Shown in pieces: positions 18,953 to 28,531 of a DNA stretch of 64,000 nucleotides; the stretch's first letter is position 1, and every line of letters starts with the position of its first letter. Origin of the DNA: Actinomycetes bacterium (GTDB lineage: Bacteria; Actinomycetota; Thermoleophilia; RBG-16-64-13); NCBI GenBank assembly GCA_024637035.1, contig JAGXFW010000025.1, positions 11,626 through 75,625 of the forward strand, read 5' to 3'. Below the pieces are notes generated by a model. The model was not told the DNA's origin, did no database searches, and was given only the letters and a program-made list of their open reading frames with translations. The position numbers and the translations under genes were made by a program.

Positions 18953-19690
18953 CTACTTCGCGCGCCCCAACAACCTCCGCCGAACCGCGGCTCCTTTTAG
19001 CCACTGGATGGCCTCGGTGGGGTTCAGCTCCTTCGGACAAGCTTCGACGCAGTTCGTTATGGTGTGACACCGGTACGAGCCGCGCTCGTTATCGAAGCGG
19101 GGCAAGCGTTCTTTGCGGGCCTCGTCGCGTGAATCCACCTCGAAGCGGTACGCCTTCAGTAGCGCTGCGGGGCCGAGGTAGTTGCCCTCACCCCACACCG
19201 AGGGACACGAGCTGTAGCAGCTGCCGCACAGGATGCAGTCAACGGGCATGTCGAGCTTCTTGCGGTCCTCCGGCGACTGGATGATCTCCTTCTCCGGCGG
19301 TGCGGAGTTCCTGATGATGTGCGGCATCACGGTCTCGTACTTGGCGAAGAAATCGGTCATGTCACACACCAGGTCTTTCACCACCGGCATGTGGGGCATC
19401 GGCTCCACCGTGATCGGCCCATCGTCCAAGTGGCGCACGTTGGTCTGGCAGGCGAGGCGATACGTGCCGTTGATGTACATGGCACACGACCCGCACACGG
19501 CCGCCCGGCAGCAGTAGCGGAACGAGAGAGAGCCGTCGAGGTTCTCCTGGATGTAGAAGAGGCCTTCGAGCACGGTGAGGCTCGACTCGTACGGCACGGT
19601 GAAGTCGTCGTACCGATCGTCGCCGGTGCCGTTCTGATCGTCGAGCTTCTCGGGATTGTGACGCTTGATGCGGAACGTGGCTTCGGGCAT
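18953..19690 (-). CDS. sdhB: Succinate dehydrogenase / fumarate reductase iron-sulfur subunit
   Basis: 2Fe-2S, 4Fe-4S and 3Fe-4S Cys clusters (CRAAVCGSC; CILCGSCYSSCP; CHTITNCVEACP). Confidence 0.9.
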   Translation of the reverse strand: MPEATFRIKRHNPEKLDDQNGTGDDRYDDFTVPYESSLTVLEGLFYIQENLDGSLSFRYCCRAAVCGSCAMYINGTYRLACQTNVRHLDDGPITVEPMPHMPVVKDLVCDMTDFFAKYETVMPHIIRNSAPPEKEIIQSPEDRKKLDMPVDCILCGSCYSSCPSVWGEGNYLGPAALLKAYRFEVDSRDEARKERLPRFDNERGSYRCHTITNCVEACPKELNPTEAIQWLKGAAVRRRLLGRAK

Positions 19691-21396
19691 CAGTACTTCC
19701 GCTCCTGTGGTTCGAACATCCCCAGGCCCACGGCCTTGGCTTCAAGGCGGGGGCCACCGTCGGTCTGGTAGAAGGCGAGCGTATGCTTGAGCCAATTCGC
19801 GTCATCACGATCCGGGAAGTCGGTGCGCGAGTGCGAGCCGCGTGACTCCGTGCGGGCGAGGGCCCCCGCGGCGATGCCGAGAGCCACATCCACCATGCCC
19901 TCGAGTTCGAAGGTGCGGATCATGTCCAGGTTGAACACGCCCCCCGCATGCCGCAGTTCCGCCTCCTTGACGCGCACCTTGAGATCCAGCATCTTGTCCA
20001 GCCCCGCCTGCATCACCGAGGCTTCGCGGAACACACCGAAGTGCTCCTTCATGGTCGAGGTCATGGCCGCACGGATGGCGTAGGGATCCTCGCCGCCCTC
20101 GCGGTTCGCGAGGTTCCGCACGCGATCGCGAACATCGGCCAGAGCCTCCTCACCCGCGGCGGCGCTCCCGCCGAGATCTTCGAGCCCATCGATGTACTGG
20201 GCCGCCGCCGCACCCGTCCGCCGCCCGAACACCACCGTCTCGAGCAGTGAGTTGCCGCCGAGCCGGTTCGCCCCGTGCACCGAGACACAGGCGCACTCCC
20301 CAGCCGCGTACAGGCCGGGCATAGAGGTCCGGCCGTCCATGTCGGTGTCGATACCACCCATGGAGTAGTGTTGGCTCGGAACGATCGGGATGGGCTCCTC
20401 GATCGGGTCGACGCCTTCGAAGTGAATGGCGAGGTCGCGGATGCCGGGCAGCTTCTCCAAGATCTTCGGGGCTCCAAGGTGACGCAGGTCGAGGTAGACG
20501 TAACCCTTCCCGTCGATACCGCGGCCCTCGTTGATCTCGGTCTGGATCGAGCGCGAGGTGATGTCGCGCGGTGCAAGCTCCATAGCCTTCGGCGCGTACT
20601 TCTGCATGAAACGCTCGCCGAGGCCGTTCAGCAGGTAGCCCCCCTCACCGCGGGCGCCCTCGCTCATGAGGATGTTCGTCGTGAGCAGGCCGGTGGGATG
20701 GAACTGCACGAACTCGAGGTCTTTGAGAGCGACTCCCGCGTGGTACGCCATCGCCATGCCGTACCCGGTGGAGATGATCGCATTGGTAGAGTTGCTGTAC
20801 ACCCGGCCCGCCCCGCCGGTGGCGATCACCACAGCTTCGGCCTGGAAGAGCTCGAACGTGCCTCCGACCATGTCGTAGGCGACGACCCCGCGACACACCC
20901 CCTCATCGACCACAAGGCGGGCGACGAACCACTCCACGTACATGGGCACACCGGCCTCGATGGCCTGCTCGACCATGGTGTGAAGCATGTAGTGCCCGGT
21001 CTTGTCGGCCCCGTAGCAGGTGCGTGGGTAGCCGGCGCCGCCGAAGGGGCGCTGGGCGATGCGGCCGTCATCGAAGCGGGAGAAGGGGCATCCGGCATGA
21101 TCAAGTTCGTAGATCACCGGGATCGCGTCCTTGGTCATCTGAGCGACGGCGTCCTGGTCGGCCAGATAGTCGGAACCCTTCACCGTGTCGAACGCGTGCT
21201 TCTCCCATGTGTCGTCGGCCGAATCCGGGTGATTGGCAAGCGCCGCGTTCACCCCACCTTGGGCCGCACCGGAGTGGCTCCGGCCCGGCCATACCTGCGA
21301 GACGATGGCCACATCGATGCCCTGCTTCTTGGCCTCGATCGCCGCGCGAAGGCCGGCAAGGCCCCCACCCACGATCACAAGCTCGTGATAGATCAT
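19690..21396 (-). CDS. sdhA: Succinate dehydrogenase flavoprotein subunit
   Basis: FAD-binding GxGxxG at the N-terminus (VIVGGGLAGLRAA), a covalent-FAD His region (RSHSGAAQGG) and a conserved C-terminal domain. Confidence 0.95.
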   Translation of the reverse strand: MIYHELVIVGGGLAGLRAAIEAKKQGIDVAIVSQVWPGRSHSGAAQGGVNAALANHPDSADDTWEKHAFDTVKGSDYLADQDAVAQMTKDAIPVIYELDHAGCPFSRFDDGRIAQRPFGGAGYPRTCYGADKTGHYMLHTMVEQAIEAGVPMYVEWFVARLVVDEGVCRGVVAYDMVGGTFELFQAEAVVIATGGAGRVYSNSTNAIISTGYGMAMAYHAGVALKDLEFVQFHPTGLLTTNILMSEGARGEGGYLLNGLGERFMQKYAPKAMELAPRDITSRSIQTEINEGRGIDGKGYVYLDLRHLGAPKILEKLPGIRDLAIHFEGVDPIEEPIPIVPSQHYSMGGIDTDMDGRTSMPGLYAAGECACVSVHGANRLGGNSLLETVVFGRRTGAAAAQYIDGLEDLGGSAAAGEEALADVRDRVRNLANREGGEDPYAIRAAMTSTMKEHFGVFREASVMQAGLDKMLDLKVRVKEAELRHAGGVFNLDMIRTFELEGMVDVALGIAAGALARTESRGSHSRTDFPDRDDANWLKHTLAFYQTDGGPRLEAKAVGLGMFEPQERKY

Positions 21397-21412
21397 CCGC
21401 TAGTCCCTTTCC

Positions 21413-21799
21413 CTATGCGGTCAGCCATGGCCACAGTGCCCACGCGCCGTAGCCGAAAGCGGCCACGCCGAAGACGAAGAGCCCCCAGCTGAGCATGGTC
21501 TTACTTCGTCCTGAGAAGCCGTAGTCGAGCAGCACCATCCGCAACCCGTTCAGGGCGTGGAAGATGCCCGCGCCGAGAAGGGCGAAGTCCACCACGACGA
21601 ACAACGGCATGGCCAGACGGCCGGCCACGTTGTCGTAGGAGAGTTCCCCCAGATTCAATACGTGGGTGGCTACGATGTGCACGGCGAGCCCCACGATGAG
21701 CACCACCGCCGTCAACCGCTGGAGGAGCCACAACCACATGCCTCCGGCGTTCTCTTCGATCACTCCCTGTCTCACCGATAGACTCCTGTCGGACGCCAT
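21413..21799 (-). CDS. sdhD: Succinate dehydrogenase membrane anchor subunit
   Basis: Small 3-TM protein between sdhC and sdhA. Start refined to MASDRS (21799). Confidence 0.7.
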   Translation of the reverse strand: MASDRSLSVRQGVIEENAGGMWLWLLQRLTAVVLIVGLAVHIVATHVLNLGELSYDNVAGRLAMPLFVVVDFALLGAGIFHALNGLRMVLLDYGFSGRSKTMLSWGLFVFGVAAFGYGAWALWPWLTA

Positions 21800-21800
21800 G

Positions 21801-22199
21801 TCACGCGCCGTGCGAGGCGATGAACGATAGCGAGATATAGGCGAACACGGCCATGACGACCACGGAGATCGCGATGACCGCCCAGAACAGCGTCTTCTGT
21901 TGCCGGATCGCAACGCCCAGGTCGAACAACAGTACTCGGATACCGTTCAAGGCGTGGTAGACGACCGCCGCCAAGAGGAACAGGTCGAGCACGATGAAGA
22001 GTGGGCTCTCCAGAGTCTCGAACATCGTGTTGAACCCCTCGGCGCCCGTGGCCGCGCCTCGGGAGATGACCCAGATGTGGGCGAACAGATAGAGAGCGAG
22101 GGCCACGCCGCTCACCCGATGGAACAGCCAGGCCCACATGCCCGCGCCCTTCCAGAGACCGGCCCCTACATTGGCCGTCTCCCGGTCCTTCTGGCTCAA
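21801..22199 (-). CDS. sdhC: Succinate dehydrogenase cytochrome b subunit
   Basis: 132-aa 3-TM protein with conserved His, at the first position of sdhCDAB. Confidence 0.75.
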   Translation of the reverse strand: MSQKDRETANVGAGLWKGAGMWAWLFHRVSGVALALYLFAHIWVISRGAATGAEGFNTMFETLESPLFIVLDLFLLAAVVYHALNGIRVLLFDLGVAIRQQKTLFWAVIAISVVVMAVFAYISLSFIASHGA

Positions 22200-22756
22200 G
22201 ACCCCACCTTCCTTTCGAACTGCATGCGCCCTTGCTCGTAAAGGTCGCCGCCGTGGATATCGTTCACCACGATCGCTGGGAACTCCACCACTTGCATCTC
22301 CCGGATGGCCTCGGGGCCTAGATCTTCATACGCGATCACCCGGGCCGCCTCGATACTCTGGGCGATGAGCGCGGCCGCACCACCCACCGCGGCCAGGTAC
22401 ACGGCCCGATTGCGCACGATGGCATCCTTGACGGCTTGGCTCCGGTACCCCTTACCTATCATCCCTTTGAGGCCCATGTCCAGCAAGACCGGCGTGTAGG
22501 CGTCCATGCGGCCCGACGTGGTGGGACCGGCCGAGCCGATGGGTCTGTCGGGTCGCGCGGGTGACGGGCCCACGTAGTAGATGATCTGTCCGGCCACATC
22601 TATCGGCAACGGCTCGCCCTTCTCGATGAGCTCCACCAGTCGCTTGTGAGCGGCGTCGCGCGCGGCGAGGATGGTGCCGGTGATGAGCACGCGGTCGCCC
22701 GCGCGCAGGTCGGAGATCACGTCATCGGTGAGAGGGGTCGCGACGGTCCTGTTCAT
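22196..22756 (-). CDS. fumB: Class I fumarate hydratase, beta (C-terminal) subunit
   Basis: FumA_C / tartrate dehydratase beta family. Start MNRTVATPL overlaps the alpha-subunit stop by 1 nt (TGATG). Confidence 0.85.
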   Translation of the reverse strand: MNRTVATPLTDDVISDLRAGDRVLITGTILAARDAAHKRLVELIEKGEPLPIDVAGQIIYYVGPSPARPDRPIGSAGPTTSGRMDAYTPVLLDMGLKGMIGKGYRSQAVKDAIVRNRAVYLAAVGGAAALIAQSIEAARVIAYEDLGPEAIREMQVVEFPAIVVNDIHGGDLYEQGRMQFERKVGS

Positions 22757-23601
22757 CAGATCACCACCTGCTTGTGTCGAGCCGAGTGACACTGGATGTT
22801 CACCGCCACCGGCAGCGACGCGATGTGCGCCGGAGCATCCTGCACGAACACGTCCATCACGGTGATGCGGCCGCCCAGCCCCTGCGGTCCGATGCCGAGG
22901 TCGTTGCAGCGCCGCTCGAGTTCGTCTTCGAGTTCGGCGAGGACCGGATCGGGGTTGCTCGAGCCCACCTCGCGCATGAGCGAGCGCTTGGCGAGCAACG
23001 CCGCACCTTCGAACGTACTGCCCACACCCACGCCCACCACCATGGGCGGGCAGGCATTGGGTCCGGCCTTGGCGACCGTATCGACCACGAAGTCAACCAC
23101 GCCGGGCCGCCCCTGCGAGGGCTTCAGCATCGAGAGGGCACTCATGTTCTCCGCACCGCCGCCCTTGGGAGCCAGCGTGATCTTCACCTGGTCGCCCGGC
23201 ACGATGCTGGTGTGCACCACGGCCGGGGTATTGTCGCCGGTGTTCTTCCGCTCGGTGAAAGGGGCAGTCACCGACGACTTGCGCAGGAAGCCGTCGCCGT
23301 AGCCTCGGCGCACCCCCTCGTCGATAGCGGACCCCAGGTCGCCGCCTGCGAAGTGCACGTCTTGCCCCACTTCGAGGAACACCACGGCCAGACCGGTGTC
23401 CTGGCACAGCGGCAGGTTCCCGCCTCGGGCGATGGTGGCGTTCTCGAGAAGTTGTCGGAACACGTCGCGCCCCGCCTCCGACTCCTCCTCGTCTACCGCC
23501 CGCTCGAAGAAGCCCACCACATCCTCACCGAGGTGGTAGCAGGCGTCGATCGCAAGCCGGGCGACGGCGTCACGGATCTCGGCGACATCTATCTCTCTCA
23601 C
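22756..23601 (-). CDS. fumA: Class I fumarate hydratase, alpha (N-terminal, Fe-S) subunit
   Basis: Fe-S hydro-lyase alpha family with conserved Cys (LPLCQDTG... NACPPM). Confidence 0.85.
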   Translation of the reverse strand: MREIDVAEIRDAVARLAIDACYHLGEDVVGFFERAVDEEESEAGRDVFRQLLENATIARGGNLPLCQDTGLAVVFLEVGQDVHFAGGDLGSAIDEGVRRGYGDGFLRKSSVTAPFTERKNTGDNTPAVVHTSIVPGDQVKITLAPKGGGAENMSALSMLKPSQGRPGVVDFVVDTVAKAGPNACPPMVVGVGVGSTFEGAALLAKRSLMREVGSSNPDPVLAELEDELERRCNDLGIGPQGLGGRITVMDVFVQDAPAHIASLPVAVNIQCHSARHKQVVI

Positions 23602-23628
23602 TTCGCCACTCCTTCCGCGGAGAGCACC

Positions 23629-24861
23629 CTACTCGGCACAGGACAGGTCGATCATCTGCTCGGTATGACGCCGCACCTCTTCTGGATCCTTGGGGTCGCG
23701 GGCCTTGCCGTCTTCGATGGCGGCGCGGGCGACGGCGGCGGCCACGGCCGGCGCCACGCGAAGGTCGAACGCCTCGGGGATCACATGGTCCGGCGAGAGG
23801 TCGTCGCCAACCAGGTCGGCGAGCGCGTGGGCGGCGGCGATCTTCATGTTCTCGGTGATGTGCGTAGCCCGAACGTCGAGAGCACCGCGGAAGATGCCGG
23901 GGAACCCGAGCACGTTGTTCACCTGGTTCGGGAAGTCGCTTCGCCCGGTACCGACGACGGCGGCGCCCGCTTCGCGCGCCAAGTGGGGCATGATCTCGGG
24001 GTCGGGGTTCGCCATGGCGAAGATGATCGCATCCTTCTCCATGGAGCGGATCATGTCTTGCGTCACGGCGTCCTTCACCGACACGCCGATGAAGCAGTTC
24101 GAGCCCTCCATGGCGTCGGCGAGAGACCCGCACCTGTTCTCTTTGTTGGTGCGCTCCAGCATCTCGCGCTTCACGGGGTTCAGGTCGTCGCGCTCGGAGC
24201 AGACGATGCCCTTGCTGTCGACGAGCATGATGTCGCGCACGCCGAGGTCGAGCATGAGCTTGGTGCATGCGATGCCGGCGGCGCCCGCGCCGTTCACCAC
24301 GACGTGAAGATCGCTCAGTTCTCGTCCGGTGATGCGGCAGGCGTTGATGATGCCCGAGAGGCAGACCACCGCGGTGCCGTGCTGATCGTCGTGGAAGATG
24401 GGGATGTCTGTGGTCTCCTTCAGACGCTTCTCGATCTCGAAGCAGCGCGGGGCCGAGATGTCCTCAAGGTTCACGCCGCCGAACGAAGGCACGAGCAACT
24501 GAACGGTGCGCACGATCTCATCCGGATCCTGGGTATCGAGGCAGATGGGGAACGCGTCCACTCCGGCGAAGGCCTTGAAGAGCACGGCTTTGCCCTCCAT
24601 GACCGGCAGCGCGGCCTTGGGGCCGATGTTGCCGAGACCCAGCACCGCCGAACCGTCGGACACCACGGCAACCATGTTCCAGCGCCGGGTATACACGTCG
24701 ACCAAGTCGGGGTTCTTGTGGATCTCGCGGCACGGCTCGGCGACCCCGGGCGTGTAGGCCATCGACAGATCGTGCTTGCAGCCCGTCTGCACCCGGCTTA
24801 TGACTTCGATCTTCCCACGCCATTGTGTGTGCAGCTGCAGGGCCTCTTCCTGGATGTTCAC
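23629..24861 (-). CDS. maeB: NAD(P)-dependent malic enzyme
   Basis: Malic enzyme N-terminal and NAD-binding domains (VNGAGAAGIA). Start refined to GTG VNIQEEAL at 24861 with an AAGGAGG RBS. Confidence 0.85.
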   Translation of the reverse strand: MNIQEEALQLHTQWRGKIEVISRVQTGCKHDLSMAYTPGVAEPCREIHKNPDLVDVYTRRWNMVAVVSDGSAVLGLGNIGPKAALPVMEGKAVLFKAFAGVDAFPICLDTQDPDEIVRTVQLLVPSFGGVNLEDISAPRCFEIEKRLKETTDIPIFHDDQHGTAVVCLSGIINACRITGRELSDLHVVVNGAGAAGIACTKLMLDLGVRDIMLVDSKGIVCSERDDLNPVKREMLERTNKENRCGSLADAMEGSNCFIGVSVKDAVTQDMIRSMEKDAIIFAMANPDPEIMPHLAREAGAAVVGTGRSDFPNQVNNVLGFPGIFRGALDVRATHITENMKIAAAHALADLVGDDLSPDHVIPEAFDLRVAPAVAAAVARAAIEDGKARDPKDPEEVRRHTEQMIDLSCAE

Positions 24862-25273
24862 TCCGAGCCTCCTTGCTCCGGTCGTGGGGCCCGCGGCCCC
24901 CGATCCGCGCCGGCCCCTGGAATGCAGAAGATCCAGCAACCGACGCCCGCGATCTAAACGATCTCCTTCAGCATCGACGCTGGATCACCAGAGCTCCCAC
25001 CGCACCGGATTCCCGGGAGATAGACTCACCGGACCGGCGACGGCCGCCGTAGCGACAGCTATGTTCACGCGCACTTGCGCCTTGTGTAGTTCTAGCACAA
25101 TCCCCCTCCGAGCGCCACCCGCCCCTCCCGCCTTCTGGTCGCCGTCCGCCTTCAGAAGCCCCCCCGGCGCTTGCGACCGCACTCACAGGCGAGTAGACTC
25201 CGCGTACCTCGGCGGCGATCCATGGGATCGCCGTGCGGGCGTGACCAGTCACGGATCGGGGAATCGGGGGAAC

Positions 25274-26257
25274 ATGCGCGTCCTATCGGGCATCCAGCCA
25301 TCTGGACGGCTGCACATAGGCAACTACTTCGGGGCCATCCGGCAGCATCTTCACCTGCAGGCCGAGAACGAGGCCTTCTACTTCATGGCCAGCTACCACG
25401 CGCTCACCACCGTGCAGGACCCGAACGAGCTGCGGGCGCTCACGTTGGGGGTGGCCATGGACTACCTGGCGCTCGGCCTCGACCCACACAGCACGGCGCT
25501 GTTCGCTCAGCAGGACGTCCCCGCCGTGACCGAACTCACCTGGATCCTCTCCTGCGTCACGCCTGTGGGACTTCTCGAGCGGGCGGTGAGCTACAAGGAC
25601 AAGGTTGCCCAAGGGCTCATGGCCAATCACGGCCTCTTCGCATACCCCGTGCTGCAGGCCGCCGACATCCTCATCTACCTCTCGAACCTCGTGCCGGTGG
25701 GGCAGGACCAGAAGCAACACATCGAGATCACGCGCGATATCGCCGCCAAGTTCAACGCTCAGTTCGGCGAGATCCTGGTGATACCCGAACCGTACATCCT
25801 TGAGGAGACCGCCGTTGTACCGGGCGTCGACGGCCGCAAGATGTCGAAGAGCTACGGCAACGAGATCGGCATGTTCGAGGAAGGGAAAGCCCTCAAGAAG
25901 AAGGTGATGAGCATCGTCACCGACTCAGCGGGCGTCGCGGACGCCAAAGACCCCTCCGAGTCGACGCCGTATCTGCTCCTCAGCCTCATGGCATCCCCGA
26001 ACGAGACCAGGGAGTGGGCCGAGCGCTATGAGAACGGTGGGATGGGCTACGGTGAGGTGAAGAAACGTTTGCTCGAACTCCTCGACGACACGTTCGGCCC
26101 CTACCGCGAGCGCCGGCGGGAACTCGAGGCCGATCCGGCCTACGTGGCCGACGTGCTCGAAGACGGAGGCCGTCGGGCCCGTCTCGTGGCCAACGGTGTG
26201 ATGGAACAGGTGCGGGAAGCCGTGGGCCTGCCCATCTCCTACAAGCCCCCGCGATAG
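25274..26257 (+). CDS. trpS: Tryptophan--tRNA ligase
   Basis: Class I aaRS HIGH-type motif (SGRLHIGNYFGA) and KMSKS. Start ATG at 25274. Confidence 0.9.
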   Translation: MRVLSGIQPSGRLHIGNYFGAIRQHLHLQAENEAFYFMASYHALTTVQDPNELRALTLGVAMDYLALGLDPHSTALFAQQDVPAVTELTWILSCVTPVGLLERAVSYKDKVAQGLMANHGLFAYPVLQAADILIYLSNLVPVGQDQKQHIEITRDIAAKFNAQFGEILVIPEPYILEETAVVPGVDGRKMSKSYGNEIGMFEEGKALKKKVMSIVTDSAGVADAKDPSESTPYLLLSLMASPNETREWAERYENGGMGYGEVKKRLLELLDDTFGPYRERRRELEADPAYVADVLEDGGRRARLVANGVMEQVREAVGLPISYKPPR

Positions 26258-26329
26258 ACGACCCGCGCCGATAGGCTCCGCAACCCCGGAGCCCCACGAC
26301 CGCCGAGTCGGCGATAGGAACGATGCAAC

Positions 26330-27007
26330 GTGACAACAGAAGCTGATAGCTTGGGGCGCGTCGAACTCTACGCCATGCGCCTGGAAGCGCTGCAGAGGCT
26401 GATCGCGGGCGTGGCCCACGAGATCAATAACCCACTCACCTCAGTGCAGGGCCTGGTGGCGCTCCTCGAGGGTGAGGTCGAAGACGAGCAGGCCCAACAG
26501 GACCTCAAGATCGTGGGCGGCGAGGTGCGTCGGGCGGTACAGATCATCAAGGGTCTGCGGGCATTCGCCGGTAGGATCGGCGAGGAGCCCCAACCGTGTT
26601 CCCTGGGTCACATCGTGAACGTGGTGACGGACGCTCGCGGCTACGAGACGCGCGCGAAGGGCATCGACCTCCTCGTGGCCTCCGCGCCCGATCTGCCCTT
26701 CGTCATGGCGGCGCCGCCCGACCTGCATCAGCTCGTGCTCATGCTCCTGCTCCGGGCGGAGGAATCTGCCGTGGGCATGATGCGCCTAGAGGGTTCCCCA
26801 CCTCAGGCCGTGAGCATCGCCGTGACCGTCGCCCCCCACGCGGTGCTCCTCACCGTGGATGACGGCGGGCCCCCTCCGGCGCCCGCCGCGGAGCACGTCT
26901 TGCGCGCATGCGCCCTCGCCGCCGCCGACCTCGGGGGGTCGCTCTCAGTGGAGGCGACGCCCGGGGGAGGCACCAGGGTCACGGTGACCCTTCCCGCGGG
27001 GCTCTGA
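26330..27007 (+). CDS. Cytoplasmic sensor histidine kinase (HisKA + HATPase only), orphan
   Basis: H-box (AHEINNPLT) and a degenerate ATPase domain. No sensor domain and no adjacent response regulator. Confidence 0.65.
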   Translation: MTTEADSLGRVELYAMRLEALQRLIAGVAHEINNPLTSVQGLVALLEGEVEDEQAQQDLKIVGGEVRRAVQIIKGLRAFAGRIGEEPQPCSLGHIVNVVTDARGYETRAKGIDLLVASAPDLPFVMAAPPDLHQLVLMLLLRAEESAVGMMRLEGSPPQAVSIAVTVAPHAVLLTVDDGGPPPAPAAEHVLRACALAAADLGGSLSVEATPGGGTRVTVTLPAGL

Positions 27008-27106
27008 CCCGCAGAACGAAGAACCGCCTCGCCTGCCGGGGGGAGCAGACGAGGCGGTATGGAGAGAGTGAGCGTTGGGACCGGCCCGGCCCCGAAACGT
27101 CGCAGA

Positions 27107-28474
27107 CTACCCGGTGACTCCTTCGTCGGTGATGGCGAGTGCCGCATCGAAGATCTCGTACGCCTCACGCATCTCCGCTTCCGTGATGCAGAGTGGCGGG
27201 TTGCTGAACAGGTTGTTCCAGTTCACGAAGACGAAGAGGCCGTTCTCCTTCAGGAAGGCTCCCAGCTTGGCCATCTCGGGGCTGCTGCCGTTGAAGGGGG
27301 CCATCGGTTCCTTCGTCTGGCGGTTCCGCACGAGCTCGATCACGCCGAACAGGCCGATCGAGCGCACGTCGCCCACCGACGGGTGCTTCGCCTTCAGGTC
27401 GGCCATCAGGTCGGCCATCACTGCGCCCATGCGGCGCGCGTTCCCCACCAGGTCGTCCTCGTGCATGACCTTGAGGTTGGCCACCGCGGCGGCCAGCGAC
27501 ATGGGGTGGGCGTTGTAGGTGAGCCCACCATAGAACTTGTGGTCGTTGAAGTACTCGCGCAGCTTGCCGTTGATGGCGACCGCGCCCAGGGGCATGTAGG
27601 CTGAGGTGAGCCCTTTCGCCATGGTGATGATGTCGGGCACGACGTCCCAGTGATCGACAGCGAACCACTCACCGCACCGGCCGAGGCCGGCCATGACTTC
27701 ATCGGCGACCAAGAGGATGCCGTACTTGTCACAGAGCGCGCGGAGGCCCTGCAGATAGCCGTCTGGCGGCACGATGATGCCGTTGGTGCCGGTGACCGGC
27801 TCGATGAAGACCGCGGCTATGGTCTCCGGGCCCTCGTACATCATGACTTCTTCGACCTGGTCGAGGCATTTCTGCGAGAAGACGTCATCGCTGTCGCCCT
27901 CGGTGTACAGCTGGCTGCGGTACTTGTAGGGATCGAAGACGCGGATAACGCCGGGCATGCCGGGCTCGTTCGGCCAGCGGCGCGGGTCGCCGGTGAGCGT
28001 CATGCTTCCGGCCGTGGCTCCGTGGTAGGAGCGGTAGCGCACCATGATCTTGTGACGGCCGGTGTAGGCACGCGCCATCTTGATGGCGTTCTCGTTGGCC
28101 TCGGAACCGCCAAGCGTGAAGAAGAACATGTCGAGGTCGCCGGGAGTGATCTCGGCCATCATGGGGCCGATCTCAGCGCGCACCCGCGTGGCCATTCCGG
28201 GGCCGGCATAGGCGAGTTCCTCGGCCTGAGCCTTGATGGCCTCGATCACCCGCTCGTCCCCGTGGCCGATGTTGACGCACATCAGCTGGGAGTTCATGTC
28301 GGTGTAGCGCTTCCCGTGTGCATCCCAGAAGTACACGCCCTTGGCGCGAGCCATCGGGATGGGATCGACCTGCGATTGCACCGACCAGGAGAAGAAGGTG
28401 TGCTTCTTCGTGAGGTCCACGATCTCCTGAGCCGACATCTGCGTGTCAGTTGCCATGCGCACCGCCTCCGTCAT
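27107..28474 (-). CDS. Class III (omega) aminotransferase, beta-alanine / aminoisobutyrate--pyruvate type
   Basis: Aminotransferase class III fold (YHGATAGSMTLTG, DEVMAGLGRCG, PLP-Lys in TMAKGL). Confidence 0.85.
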   Translation of the reverse strand: MTEAVRMATDTQMSAQEIVDLTKKHTFFSWSVQSQVDPIPMARAKGVYFWDAHGKRYTDMNSQLMCVNIGHGDERVIEAIKAQAEELAYAGPGMATRVRAEIGPMMAEITPGDLDMFFFTLGGSEANENAIKMARAYTGRHKIMVRYRSYHGATAGSMTLTGDPRRWPNEPGMPGVIRVFDPYKYRSQLYTEGDSDDVFSQKCLDQVEEVMMYEGPETIAAVFIEPVTGTNGIIVPPDGYLQGLRALCDKYGILLVADEVMAGLGRCGEWFAVDHWDVVPDIITMAKGLTSAYMPLGAVAINGKLREYFNDHKFYGGLTYNAHPMSLAAAVANLKVMHEDDLVGNARRMGAVMADLMADLKAKHPSVGDVRSIGLFGVIELVRNRQTKEPMAPFNGSSPEMAKLGAFLKENGLFVFVNWNNLFSNPPLCITEAEMREAYEIFDAALAITDEGVTG

Positions 28475-28531
28475 CCAGTGTGAACGTTCGACGGGCCGGC
28501 CTCTCGGCCGACCCGTCGAACGGCTTGGTTC

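Noticed and set aside
24862-25273. T-box riboswitch upstream of trpS
   Set aside because: No T-box consensus and no specifier-loop or antiterminator architecture could be identified by eye.
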